A stretch of DNA of 64,000 nucleotides from Macrostomum lignano (taxonomy: Eukaryota). Both the position numbers and the translations under genes were made by a program. Where the stretch lies: contig NIVC01000482.1 of the NCBI GenBank assembly GCA_002269645.1, positions 124,001 to 188,000 on the forward strand, in the 5' to 3' direction. Below the pieces are notes generated by a model. That model did not search any database, was not told where the DNA came from, and worked only from the letters and a program-made list of their open reading frames with translations. Below are positions 38,968 to 50,320 of the stretch, piece after piece; position 1 is the first letter of the stretch, and every line of letters starts with the position of its first letter.

Positions 38968-41795
38968 CTATTGTATATTATTGTCAATATTATTGGTACT
39001 TGTAACATTTTTATTATTATTAGCATTATTAATTTTTTCAGCATAAGCTACTCGGGGGTAACACTTTTTTATTATTCCATTAAATTCATGATCAATTCCA
39101 TATCCATCAATATAATTCAGCCTTTTTTGGATTTTTTGAGCTAAGCCAGCAATACTCGTATTGTTATTGAATAATCGGTAACCGTAAAAACAGAGTACAT
39201 ACCGCACGGCCATCAGCAACCGGCTGCCGTCCTTCTCCTGCCATCGGCTGACGTAGCCGCTCTGGCTGCTGTAGATCACCGAGCAGTTGAGCCGCAGCTC
39301 CATTGGCAGTGAGGCTCCGTCTCCAGCTTCACCGTCTCCATCGTCTCCAGAGTCGAGCGCTGGGTCCTCTTGCTTCACGAAATGCTCTTTGGTGCCTCGA
39401 CAAGCATGGTAAAATGTCAGAACCTCGTCTGCTGCCCTTGACAATGGTTCCAACAGCTCCCTCAATCGGACATGCTCTGTTCCAGTTGAAAATCCATTTC
39501 TGTTCCCATGCGATGAAATGAACAGAAATACTCTTGCCACATGTAGCGGACATTTCTCTCTGATAAACTTGAGCAGTTCTTGCTTCGATCGGTCACCAGG
39601 TTTGTACTCAATAGGCTTGTCAGTACAACCAAGTTTCTCGGCTACTTTTCGGATGTATCCGCGGTCAGCCTTGTAGCCATGTTCACATTCGGACGTATCG
39701 TTTCTGTTGGCATTCTCAATTACGATGGACACCGCAATGCTTGTTTCTGTCGATACTAAATCTAAAACGCAATTTGAAAAAAGCACGTTTAGCTGCCTGT
39801 CATTAAAAATAAAAATGTATCTGACATCCCAGATGGCCACAGTTGGTTTTCCGAAATCTTGGATCCCCGCTCCTCACATCCCAGATACCCACTCCTCACA
39901 TCCCAGATCCCTACTCCAAACATCAAAGATACCCACTCCTCACATCCCAGATCCCTACTCCTAACATCAAAGATACCCACTTCTCACATCCCAGATCCCC
40001 GCTCCTCACATCCCAGATACCCACTCCTCACATCCCAGATCCCTACTCCTAACATCAAAGATACCCGCTCCTCACATCCCAGATACCCACTCCTCACATC
40101 CCAGATCCCTACTCCTAACATCAAAGATACCCGCTCCTCACATCCCAGATCCCTACTCCTAACATCAAAGATACCCACTCCTCACATCCCAGATCCCTAC
40201 TCCTAACATCAAAGATACCCACTTCTCACATCCCAGATCCCCGCTCCTCACATCCCAGATACCCACTCCTCACATCCCAGATCCCTACTCCAAACATCAA
40301 AGATACCCGCTCCTCACATCCCAGATCCCTACTCCTAACATCAAAGATACCCACTTCTCACATCCCAGATCCCCGCTCCTTGTATCCCAGATACCCACTC
40401 CTCACATCCCAGATCCCTACTCCTAACATCAAAGATACCCGCTCCTCACATCCCAGATCCCTACTCCTAACATCAAAGATACCCACTCCTCACATCCCAG
40501 ATCCCTACTCCTAACATCAAAGATACCCGCTCCTCACATCCCAGATCCCTACTCCTAACATCAAAGATACCCACTCCTCACATCCCAGATCCCCACTCCT
40601 TACATCCCAGATCCCCACTCCTCACATCCCAGATCCCCGCTCCTCACATCCCAGATCCCCGCTCCTCACATCCCCACTTTTAGCTTGCGATTGTAGATCG
40701 TACTGTTCATTGTTATATTCCTAAGGCATTGAGACATTCACAAGTGCCACTTACTTTGACCTGCTTCCAGAGCATTTAGCGACTGATGATTATCCTTGAC
40801 TTGTGACACTCCTTTGCGCTTATTGCCGATTAGAAATCCGCTGTGGAATTTAGAATTCAAATGGCATTCAATCTCTTTTTTGCACAGTATTAAAAGTTTT
40901 ACCATCAAAACTACGTGCTACATGTATCAGATATCAAAGGAGATTCGCCGGAAGGCAGCAACGCAGGCACACGGAAGGGGCGACTTAAATGATTTTTGTT
41001 TGAGAAGGCGCACAACAAAAAGTTGGCCTGTGTTCTTGAATTTCGTGTGCCTGCGTTGCTTCGCTCCAGCAATGCAAAAAAATGTCAGATGGATTCCACC
41101 TTTGATAATTTTGCTGCTAATTAACTCTGCTGACAGAATTCTCCCAGCAAAAAAGTTTTGGCAAGACCTTAGAGTCAGCCTCACGCTTTAAGTTGAACAT
41201 GTTCCTAACGCATGAACAATAATAAGCTTCGTCGCTGGCGTTTGGGGCATTGTGCACGAAGGTATGACGAATGCGCTTCCATTTTTAGAACTGACGCTTG
41301 CACCCAAATGAGACCTACTCTGATTACAAAAACTTTCTGCATAGTCTTCTCAGTCTCCTCTAACAAACTGCATTCCCTGCTCACGAGGGGAACATGAAGT
41401 TGAATGGCCCAAGAGATTTTCTAAAAGGTTTGGTCTTCCAAATTTTCCTATTTCAATTGGGCCTTAAAAAAGAATGAAGTACACTTTCGAGGGTAGGCTA
41501 CAAGAAAGTCTTGAAAATTCCCATGTTTCCTACTATACTCATGCAGCTTAAGCAACAAATGATTTTCCCCCATCAGAAGTACTCACGCTGTATTCGTTTT
41601 TTTCTGTTGCTCATTGTGCTTAGTAGCTTCAAACTCGGCTCGAAGCTCTTCAAGCGATCGAAGCCGCCCGACATCCACCAATTCCTGGGGCCGCTCCGAC
41701 GCCACTTTGTGACGCCGAAGCGGCCCCTGAAAGTTTGAATCGTTATTGGAGTTAAGCCTTATAGGAGTTTGTTCGGTTTGCTCAGATTTGCTCAT
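38968..41795 (-). CDS. Caspase-family protease B; catalytic exon 39761-38968, probable upstream exons 41795-41587 and 40840-40755 (about 362 aa)
   Basis: FLFISSHG and FYHACRG (H in place of Q), p10 SSQSGYVSRWQEKDGSRLL. The upstream exons give a phase-consistent GT-AG model (1089 nt) but are low complexity and tentative. Confidence 0.8.
39820..40680. repeat. Compound minisatellite (CCCACTCCTCACATCCCAGAT / CCCTACTCCTAACATCAAAGATA) in the caspase B intron
   Basis: Read directly. Shares the CTCCT.ACATCCCAGATCCC core with the SF3B3 intron-10 repeat. Confidence 0.94.
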
Positions 41796-41867
41796 AAAAA
41801 AGGGTAAAGTAGAATGAACGCCAGTCAGGCTTATTTAAATTGTATGTAGGGTGAGCGCTCAAGCAGT

Positions 41868-44800
41868 GTGCATTACGGGGTTGGCCTCTTTCCATTTCTC
41901 TGTCATTCTATATCGGCGTACATTCAACTCTCTAACCATGCACGCGCCAACCCCCATTGAAATACACGCATCGGCATTGACTCGTGATTAGGACTTTGCT
42001 ATCGGTATCGATCCAAACAAATTCACACGACTTATCAGAGTTCCTACAGTGGCGTCGCAAACACACAAACCTACGCGAGGGCAATGGCCACTAGCTACGT
42101 TTCTCTGCCCCCACCAGAGCCGTTCTCAATTATCAGCGACCCTCACAATGCTGGCAAACGCTGGAGCGAGTGGTCAGCACGCTTTCAAGATTGCATTGAC
42201 GCTTCTGCCCCCGCCAGCTGAAGGGAATCAGACCACACTCGACAACACGCTAAATGCTTTAAAGGATTTCTTTAGAGAGAAAGAACATCGTCTTCGCTCG
42301 ATACCAATTTAGGAACTGCATCCAGCAACAAGGAGAGAAAATCGAAGCTTGGTATTCACGAATGCGTGCTTCAGCCGAGGCTTGTGAGTTCGAAAATCTG
42401 AAGGACTCCCTTATCAGAGACCAGCTTGTAGCGACCTGTACATCAGACAAGTTGCGACGGCGGCTACTCCAAGAGACCAACATTTCCTTGGACGAAGCCC
42501 TGCGAAAAGCGAGAGCGTTTGAAGCAGCGGAGGAGCAGGCATCGGAGATGGAGTAGACAGATTCGCAGGTGGCAAGCGTTACAAGATCCAACAAGCCCCG
42601 GATGAACGGACGCGAAGCATCCAGCACCGCCAGCAGCAGCAGCAGCAGCAGCAGGCAGTCTCAACAGCAGACATGCTACCGCTGCGGAGAAAAAGGTCAC
42701 TCTACATGCGACTTGGCGAGAGGAAAAATCTGCCTCAACTGCGGAAAAACCAATCACCTAGCCAAAGCATGCCGCAAAGCACGCTCGAGTAACAACACGA
42801 TTCGATCGCAAGTCAGCGCTAACCTAGTGAGCACCTCACCGGAGCCAAACCTCGACACTAGCATTGGCGAAGACGTTTTTCGGCCTGTGCAAATACAGCA
42901 GCTTCCCAGCAGACGTCTCGTTAACTGTCGAAATCGGAGACTGTAAGCTACCGATGATGCTGGACAGCGGAGCCAGCTGCAGTATCATGAGCATCAAAAC
43001 ATTCCGACAGCTGGCCGATCAGCGAATTCGAACCACCAAGGTAAAAGTTCATGCATATGGAACGCCCGAACCTCTCAAAATCATCGGTACTGCGAGCTTA
43101 GGCATCAAAATAGGTACCGCTAGCGCAACTGTGCCCTTTCACGTTCTCGACGGCGACGGTCTAACGATACTCGGACGCCAAGCTGCCTTTGAGCTAGGAA
43201 TCCTGCTTATCCAGCGGCCAATTCTCAGCCAGACAGAAGATGTCAACTCCAACGTCAAAGCAGCCGAGGGGTATAAAAGCCAGAACATTCAGGACATCTT
43301 GCATCAGCACAAAAAAGTATTTGATGGAATCAGATGCATCAAAGGCGTGCAGGTCGAAGTTCAGCTGTCGGACAACGCGGCCCCGGTGTGTCATCCGCTA
43401 GCCCGAGTTGCGGCGCATCTCCGAGAATCTGTCGTCAAGGAGCTGAAAGACCTAGAAAGGCAAGATATCATCGAGCCAGTAAAAGGACCCTGCGCGTGGG
43501 TGGCCCGCATGGTAGTATTGTAGTTCCAAAGGACGATGGCGGAGTCCGAATCTGCCAGGACCTGCGCAACCTAAACGCCCATGTCATCCCTGAAAAACAA
43601 CAAATACCGACATTGGACGAGGTCACCGAGGAGATGTCCGGAGCCAAGCTGTTCAGCGAGCTAGATATTCGTAAAGCCTTTTACCAGATCCCAGTGCACG
43701 AGAACAGCCGACACCTTTTCACATTTAGCATTTAGCCGCTCGGACTAATGCGTCTCAAAAGACTGAGCATAAGTTTTACGAATGCATCCGAAATCCTACA
43801 AAGAGTCATGCTCGGCGTGCTCAGCGGAATCGATGCTGTTCGATGGTCCACGACGATGTCATCGTATACGCTTCGGACCTGCAAGAGCACTGCAAAAGAC
43901 TCGAAGCCTGTCTGCAGCGTCTCGAAGAATTCGGCATTACGCTAAATAAAGAAAAGTGCAAAATCGCCGTCCCCGCTGTCGAGTTCCTAGGAATGCACCT
44001 ATCTGCAAAAGGAGTGCAGCCTGCTAATGAGAAGACCGAAGCTATGAAGCACTTCAGACAGCCGACCAGCGTATCCGAAGTTCGCTCGTTCCTAGGCACA
44101 GCAAACTTTCTGGCGAAATTCATACCTAACTTCGCTGATGTCTCCGCACCGCCGCGCAAATTAACAAAGAAAGGGGAGACATTCGAGTGGACTGCCAGCC
44201 ACTCAAAAGCCTTCGAAGAGATCAAATCGATCATCTGTAAGGAAGAAACTCTTGCCTTTTTCGACCGCAAACACCAAACAGAGCTTATAGTTGACGCATC
44301 GCCAATCGGACTTGGTGCGATTCTGACACAAAAGCAGCCGGACGGAATCTGTAGACCAGTGGCTTACGCCAGCAGAGCGCTGTCACAAGTTGAGCAGCGG
44401 TACGCCCAGATTGAGCGGGAGGCGCTGGCTATCAAATTTGGCTGCTTAAAGTTCGAAAACTACCTGGCTGGTGGTCCAAGTTTTACAGTGGTGACCGACC
44501 ACCGACCGGTCCTGCCACTCTTCAGACCGGGATCCCGCCCGCCACCACGGATTGAACGCATGGTTCTTCGGATTCAACACCTCCGCTTCAACTTGGTGTA
44601 CAGACCGGGGCCGTCCAACCCAGCTGATCTACTAAGCCGCCAATCGCTTCCAGAGCTCAGGAAAAACTGGGGAGAGGTCTTCGACACCGCATACGTCAAC
44701 GCTGTATCAACAGGAGCCGTGCCAAAAGGTTTCAGTGCGGAACAAATTCGAGACGCAGCAAAGACAGACGCAGGAATTCAAGCCGCGCTGTGCGCCATCA

Positions 44801-45792
44801 AGACAGGAAACTGGAACACACACGACTCGGTACAACGCGCACTAAAAGCCATCAGCAGCGAACTGACAGAAGACAATGGAATGCTACTTCGAGGAGACCT
44901 CATTGTCGTCCCAGAGTCACTACGGAGACCAATTTTGCAACTGGCCCACACCGGACATCTTGGTGCCAATCGAACACTCAAGCGTCTGCAGACCAAAGTC
45001 TGGTGGCCAGGGATGCGCAGCGATTGTGATGTCTTCGTGAAATGCTGCATTCCTTGTCAAGCGTCGGACACTCGTACAAATCAGACACCTTTGAGACCGA
45101 CAAAGTTACCCGAGGGTCCCTGGCAGCAACTTGGAATGGACTTCTTCGGACCTGTCCAAGGCCAAATGCTTCTAGTTACTACGGACCTGTATTCTAAATA
45201 CCCGGAGATCAACATTTTGAGCTTGACAACAGCAGAGAGTGTAAAACCGCATCTGAGGAGATCAACCTGCCTCTGCCGGCCAACCTGCCTCTGCCGGCCA
45301 GCCTGTCTCTGCCGGCCAGCCCGCCGGCCAGAGGGACTTCCTTGCCTTCAGGAGGCGTCCGCGTGAGGCTACAGAGGGGCCGAAAATTTATAAATGACAA
45401 GCGCTGTTTGAATCTCAAACTGAACTGACAACAACAATATTATTTTTATTCCCGTCAACTGATTTACTGACAATAACAATATTTTATATTTCCGTCAGCT
45501 GTTATTTTTATTCCTCATCATTTTTTCCTTAGGGGGGAAGAATCGTAGGCTTGCGCCTTAGCAGTTCTCAATGTTTACTAGCTATTGAGTATTTGTGTGC
45601 ATTACGGGGTTGGCCTCTTTCTATCTCTCTCTGTCATTCTATATCGGCGTAAATTCAGCTCTCTAACCACATGCACGCGCCAACCCCCCATTGACTAATA
45701 TTTAAATACACGCATCGGCATTGACTCGTGATTAGGACTTTGCTATCGGTATCGATCCAAACTAACTCACACGGCTTGTCAGAGTTCCTATA
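41868..45792 (+). mobile_element. Decayed Ty3/Gypsy LTR retrotransposon: 5' LTR about 41868-42048, gag-pol about 42084-45250, 3' LTR about 45543-45792
   Basis: Paired LTRs; TGGCG PBS-like site at 42050; purine tract AGGGGGGAAG at 45531-45540. Gag with Zn knuckles CYRCGEKGH and CLNCGKTNH, protease LDSGAS, RT (ELDIRKAFYQ, HDDVIV), RNase H (VDASPIGLGA, EREALA), integrase HHCC and GMDFFGP. Order is PR-RT-RH-IN. Has stops and frameshifts, and the integrase is truncated. Confidence 0.95.
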
Positions 45793-45796
45793 GTAT

Positions 45797-45910
45797 GTAG
45801 GGTGAGCGCTCAAGCAGTTTCTCTCTGTGCCGTTGTCGGTGTGTTGTTGTGATACCGATGTCGTTGCCTAACAACAGTACAGAGAAAAACTGCTTGAGCG
45901 ATAACCCTAC
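45797..45910. mobile_element. 114-bp hairpin element (MITE-like) with ~39-bp inverted arms
   Basis: GTAGGGTGAGCGCTCAAGCAGTTTCTCTCTGTGCCGTTG (45797-45835) pairs imperfectly with 45872-45910. Confidence 0.7.
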
Positions 45911-46718
45911 CCAGCGGAAACTATTCGATGCTCTGCATTTTTGTAAGCACTGGAATTTTACTTACATCGAAGCGAAAAAAGCTTGTACATAGTTGCATGA
46001 AACATGAGCAGTCTGACAATTCAAAAAATTCACATTTAATACGCTCGTAGGTAATGCTTTCAGCGGTTTAGAGACTCGCCTTGCAAGAACCCTCTACAGA
46101 AAGTCCTCTGTCCCAGCATGGTCAGTGCGATCGTGTCGCCTTCAATTGCCTGTGACCTCGAGATTAACAGCTAAATACACTTAATTGTTTATGGCATGGC
46201 TTGATGATAAGCCTTAATCTCGATCCGGATTAGCTGATTTCTGCCTTTTCAAATTCTCCCTGCTTGACTCTCGCTGTCTTCTCGATCTTAGCTACATGTA
46301 TGGGAGCCAGCTCTAAGCTACCTTGAGGCTGGTCAATATCTGACAGCTGAGTGCGGGCCGAGACCAGAGCGCTAATAACTGAAGTGGCTGTCTATCTATG
46401 AAGAGAGTATCGCACACGGGTGTTAGTAGTCTTTTTTAGTTTTTTTAACTATACAGTTCATAGAATAATTATGAGAATTTCATCTTATACTACTGATAGA
46501 AATATTTATTCAAAGCATCCAAGTAAGAAATTTAAGAAGTAGCCAAAATAAAAATTACATAAAATAAAAAAATTAGGCAAAGCGTCATTATGCCAAATTT
46601 AGCAACAAAAGTTTACCGGTACTTCAGCCCAGACTATCAAAAGCAGAGTACACCAGTTTAAAAATAACTGTGAAAAAATACTAGTATGATACTCACAAAA
46701 AAGAAAGAGGAGACTGGG

Positions 46719-47140
46719 TTAGCGAATTGCTATTTTTATTACACGGAAGCATATTTGATAAATTTATATAATAAGCAAACATATAAACGCTTATTAAACT
46801 GAATAAAAACAGATTAGATTAGCTGAATAATTCCCATGACGCGGTAAAAAATTTACAATAGTACAATGTGAATAAAAACATTTTTAAATTGCAATGCAAA
46901 AATATAATACAAATTTGTGTAATACAAATTAGCGAATTGCGATTTTTATTACACGCAAGTATATTTGATAAATTTACATAATAAGCAACATATAAACACT
47001 TATTACAGTAAATATTAAAGTTTATTAGCTGATTAGATTAGCTGAATAATCACATGGCGCGTTGAAATATTTACAAGAGTACAAAGTGAATAATCTTTAT
47101 AAAAAATTGCAACGCAAAAATATGGTACAAATTTGTACTT
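46719..47140. repeat. Two diverged tandem copies of an AT-rich ~210-bp unit downstream of caspase C
   Basis: Both start TTAGCGAATTGC.ATTTTTATTACACG.AAG.ATATTTGATAAATTTA (about 46719 and 46929). Confidence 0.85.
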
Positions 47141-47200
47141 CAGTATAAAAGAAAAAATTGGCAGTTTTGTTTAAATAAAATGCTTATTAAAGCCGCCCAA

Positions 47201-48935
47201 TCAGTCCGGTTGACCAATGCATTCAGGGTTGTTCAGCTCCAGCTGGGCCAGCTCTTCTGTTGCAGCAGTTGTCCCTCCGGCTCCGTCACCCAAGCCAGTC
47301 TCGATGACGAAGTTCTCAAATCCCTGATTCGCGCTGTACTGCGTCTGCACGTAGGCCGTGTAGGATTTGCCTCTTTGTCGAAGGGGAACGATGCCCAGCT
47401 TCAAGAGCTGACGCAGCTCAGCTTGCAACAAGTCTGCCAGCCTCTTGACAGTGATTCTGCCACGGCGTCTGACAACATTCAGCAGCGCTCGCGGCATCCA
47501 GCTGCCTTTGTGTTGATTCCTGTACGCCTCATAGCCCGCCATGCTGGCGAAGATGGCAGCAGCGGCCGCCATCTCGGGCGGCAGGGTGCAGCCGGCGGCT
47601 TTCGGCGGGCTGACAAATCCCAGGCAGCAAGCAGAAGCCGGTCGGTGATTCTCCCCGGCCTGAGCAGCGTGAAACCGCGGGCCCCGGCACGCCTGGTAAA
47701 ACAGCAGGACAAAGCCAGCCAGGTCTTCCACTTTCTTCATCAGATCCTTAATAGAGACAAAGAGAGCGCACGTTCTCTGATGAACAGCCGAGCTGCCCCG
47801 CAATTTCATCAAAGTTCTCCTTGTCCATTTTAAAACCAGCCCTGTCTTTATCTGTGCTGTCTTTTTCGTACTTGCCGATGATAACAGAAACAAAGGCATT
47901 CGGCTCCGCCCACTCATAGGAAGGTTTCGAGTTCAGTGCGTAAAGCTGCTCAAGAGGATTGCCTTGGTCGTCAGACACCGTAGGAATCGGCGGAGCTTCG
48001 GCATGCTCGACACTGGCTGCGACCTCAGCTAACTTGCCGCTCGGGACGCCTGACATTCGAAGTTGGGAACACCTGCAGCAGTTGGCAATCCGGTCAGCCA
48101 ACCTGTCTGTCGTTACTGACTTGTCCAATGCCTGATGCACATCCTGCCACTGCCAGTTTGGCTCCCCAAAGTTTGGCTTGAGTAGGTAGATCTCGGCATT
48201 GCAGAGCGTCGGACATTTCGGAGCTTCATCGTCACCGCTACCAGTCTTGCCAACACCCTGTTCGACGCTGCCACTGTACACTTCTGCGCATTCTGTCGGA
48301 CAGAGTAAGTAGGCCACTCGAATCTTGATAGGTTCCGAGCTCTGTCTCGAATACAGCGGCTTGTACAGCTCGTCCTCTGTCACAATTTTGCCGCTAAGCA
48401 CTGGCTGCATGCAGTTGGCAGTGACGTCAATCTGGTGAACAATCAACGCCTCGCAAGCTTTTTGTGACTTCACGTCAGACATGAACTCTTCAACTGCCTG
48501 ATGGTAGCTCTCCACCGAATCGGGCTTTTTAAAATCGAAGTCAAACCGGTTGTTGCGTGATTTTCTGCTCGGAAACTCGACTTGGCTATCTGAGTGGTGA
48601 GTGTCGAGAAACAGCACTGACACTGTCTCAGAAGTCTCGAATTGCGGCAGCTGCGGACAGCTCTGTTGAGTTCTGCTGCATTGATTCTGGTCATTGCCAG
48701 ACTCTGAAATGAATTGGAAATTATCATACAATGGAAGTCTTGCCAATGTTAAAAAATAGAATTATCCAGGATGCATTGTAACTTTTCACTTACCTTCAAG
48801 TTCGCAGTCTGGCACTGATGGAGGCCCAACTGCATCTTCTTTGGATGCAACCGCAGTTGCACTGCTCAGCTTCTCATCTGGCTTCACTCCTGACATTGAA
48901 TCCTGCAGAGAAGAAAATGCCACACTTTCAGACAT
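47201..48935 (-). pseudogene. Caspase-family protease C; exons 48935-48794 and 48703-47201, disrupted by a deletion plus frameshift near 47760
   Basis: Has p20 DRAGFKMD, FYQACRG and p10 ASMAGYEAYRNQHKGSWMPRAL. The sequence jumps from QLGCSSENV to FVSIKDLMKK in another frame, so the SHG-containing segment is absent. The N-terminal domain is homologous to caspase A. Confidence 0.82.
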
Positions 48936-50320
48936 GGCTAATCTTGGAATTAACTTAACTTTCTAGGCTTTAGCAGCAGAATTTATACAGTTGTGATCTT
49001 GTTTTGCTTTGGTTAGAAAGCTATTTCTAATATTGAGCATTTGCTTTATAATTATATAATTATATAAAATGTACAATGTCTATTTGTATAGCTATATATT
49101 TATAGCTATTAGCTATTATTTACAAAGAACTAAGGTGTTGTTGCATTATTACCAATGACTCACAACATAATGTGCACATTGATCTATAAATAAGTACTTT
49201 TAGTTGCAATGTAATACACTTTTTGAACATTATAGACAAGTTCCTTGTTATATTTATAAATTATAATCACCTATCCTCCAGCTCTAGAAATTACTCATGG
49301 GCAAAGGTATACAAGGATGTTAATATGTAGAAGCCAGACTTGATGTGTGTATTTTAAGAAAATAATTAGACAACTTAAGAGATGAAAATCCACTAAATAA
49401 TCCCTTTTATCCTTGCATACTTTTATAGACAGTATAATAAATCTGGGGTCTAATTTTGGTTAATTTTGTAAACACCTTTTTAAAATGTGTATTTATAACT
49501 TACCAATGCTAAATCCGTAGGCAACATCGGTGCATTGTGGTGATTGTCCTGATTGATACTCATTGTCGCTGTTAGTGTGATTTTATTTAGAGTCAGAGTT
49601 TAATTTCAAACTCGACTTTGTATTTTTGAACTAAGATGCTGGCATTTAAAACTGTTCTATTTTTTCTGTTTTAGTAACGGCCGTAGTAAAACAATTTTAA
49701 CTCTATTGTATTTTTTTTGGTAGCAGCAACAATACACAATACACAAATATTATTTATTTTTAAACTGTAAGCCTGACTTAAATGTATTCGATTGTCCAAA
49801 CTTTTTATTACGACGAAATTGCCGAATATTCGTACATACAGAAACGCATGGACTATATCGCATAGATACAACTTTGCCAATTTTTCACGTTCCCCAAGAC
49901 GTTTTTACATCTCTGCGTCTTAAGATATAGTCCTGAAGAGTACTGAACATTATACTAAGTATAAAATTCGATTCAAGCAGACTAAATGAAACTACTACTC
50001 TACTGGGCGACTGATCGAGTGCAATGAATAATTTCTGCCCTCCAGATAAAAGGTTTTAGAAAGTCGAGTCCATCATGCATAATGTTTCAAAACAGATATA
50101 ACTGCTTTACACTCATATCCTTCCAAGTTTATTATTCAAGAAGCAGGCATATTGCATTGATTTATTGGCATAGAACGGAGATTTGGAGATTTGGCAGATG
50201 ACAAGATTTTTAATGAAATTCAAACTCAGCAACATTAATAATACGAGGTCCAACATGCAAATACATACTTATATTACAGTACAAAATTATAGGCTCGGTT
50301 GAGTTGCCAAGCTACAGTTG

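Noticed and set aside
40900-41450. Additional caspase B exons encoding an N-terminal domain
   Set aside because: All frames contain stops, and I could not align it to the A/C domain by eye.
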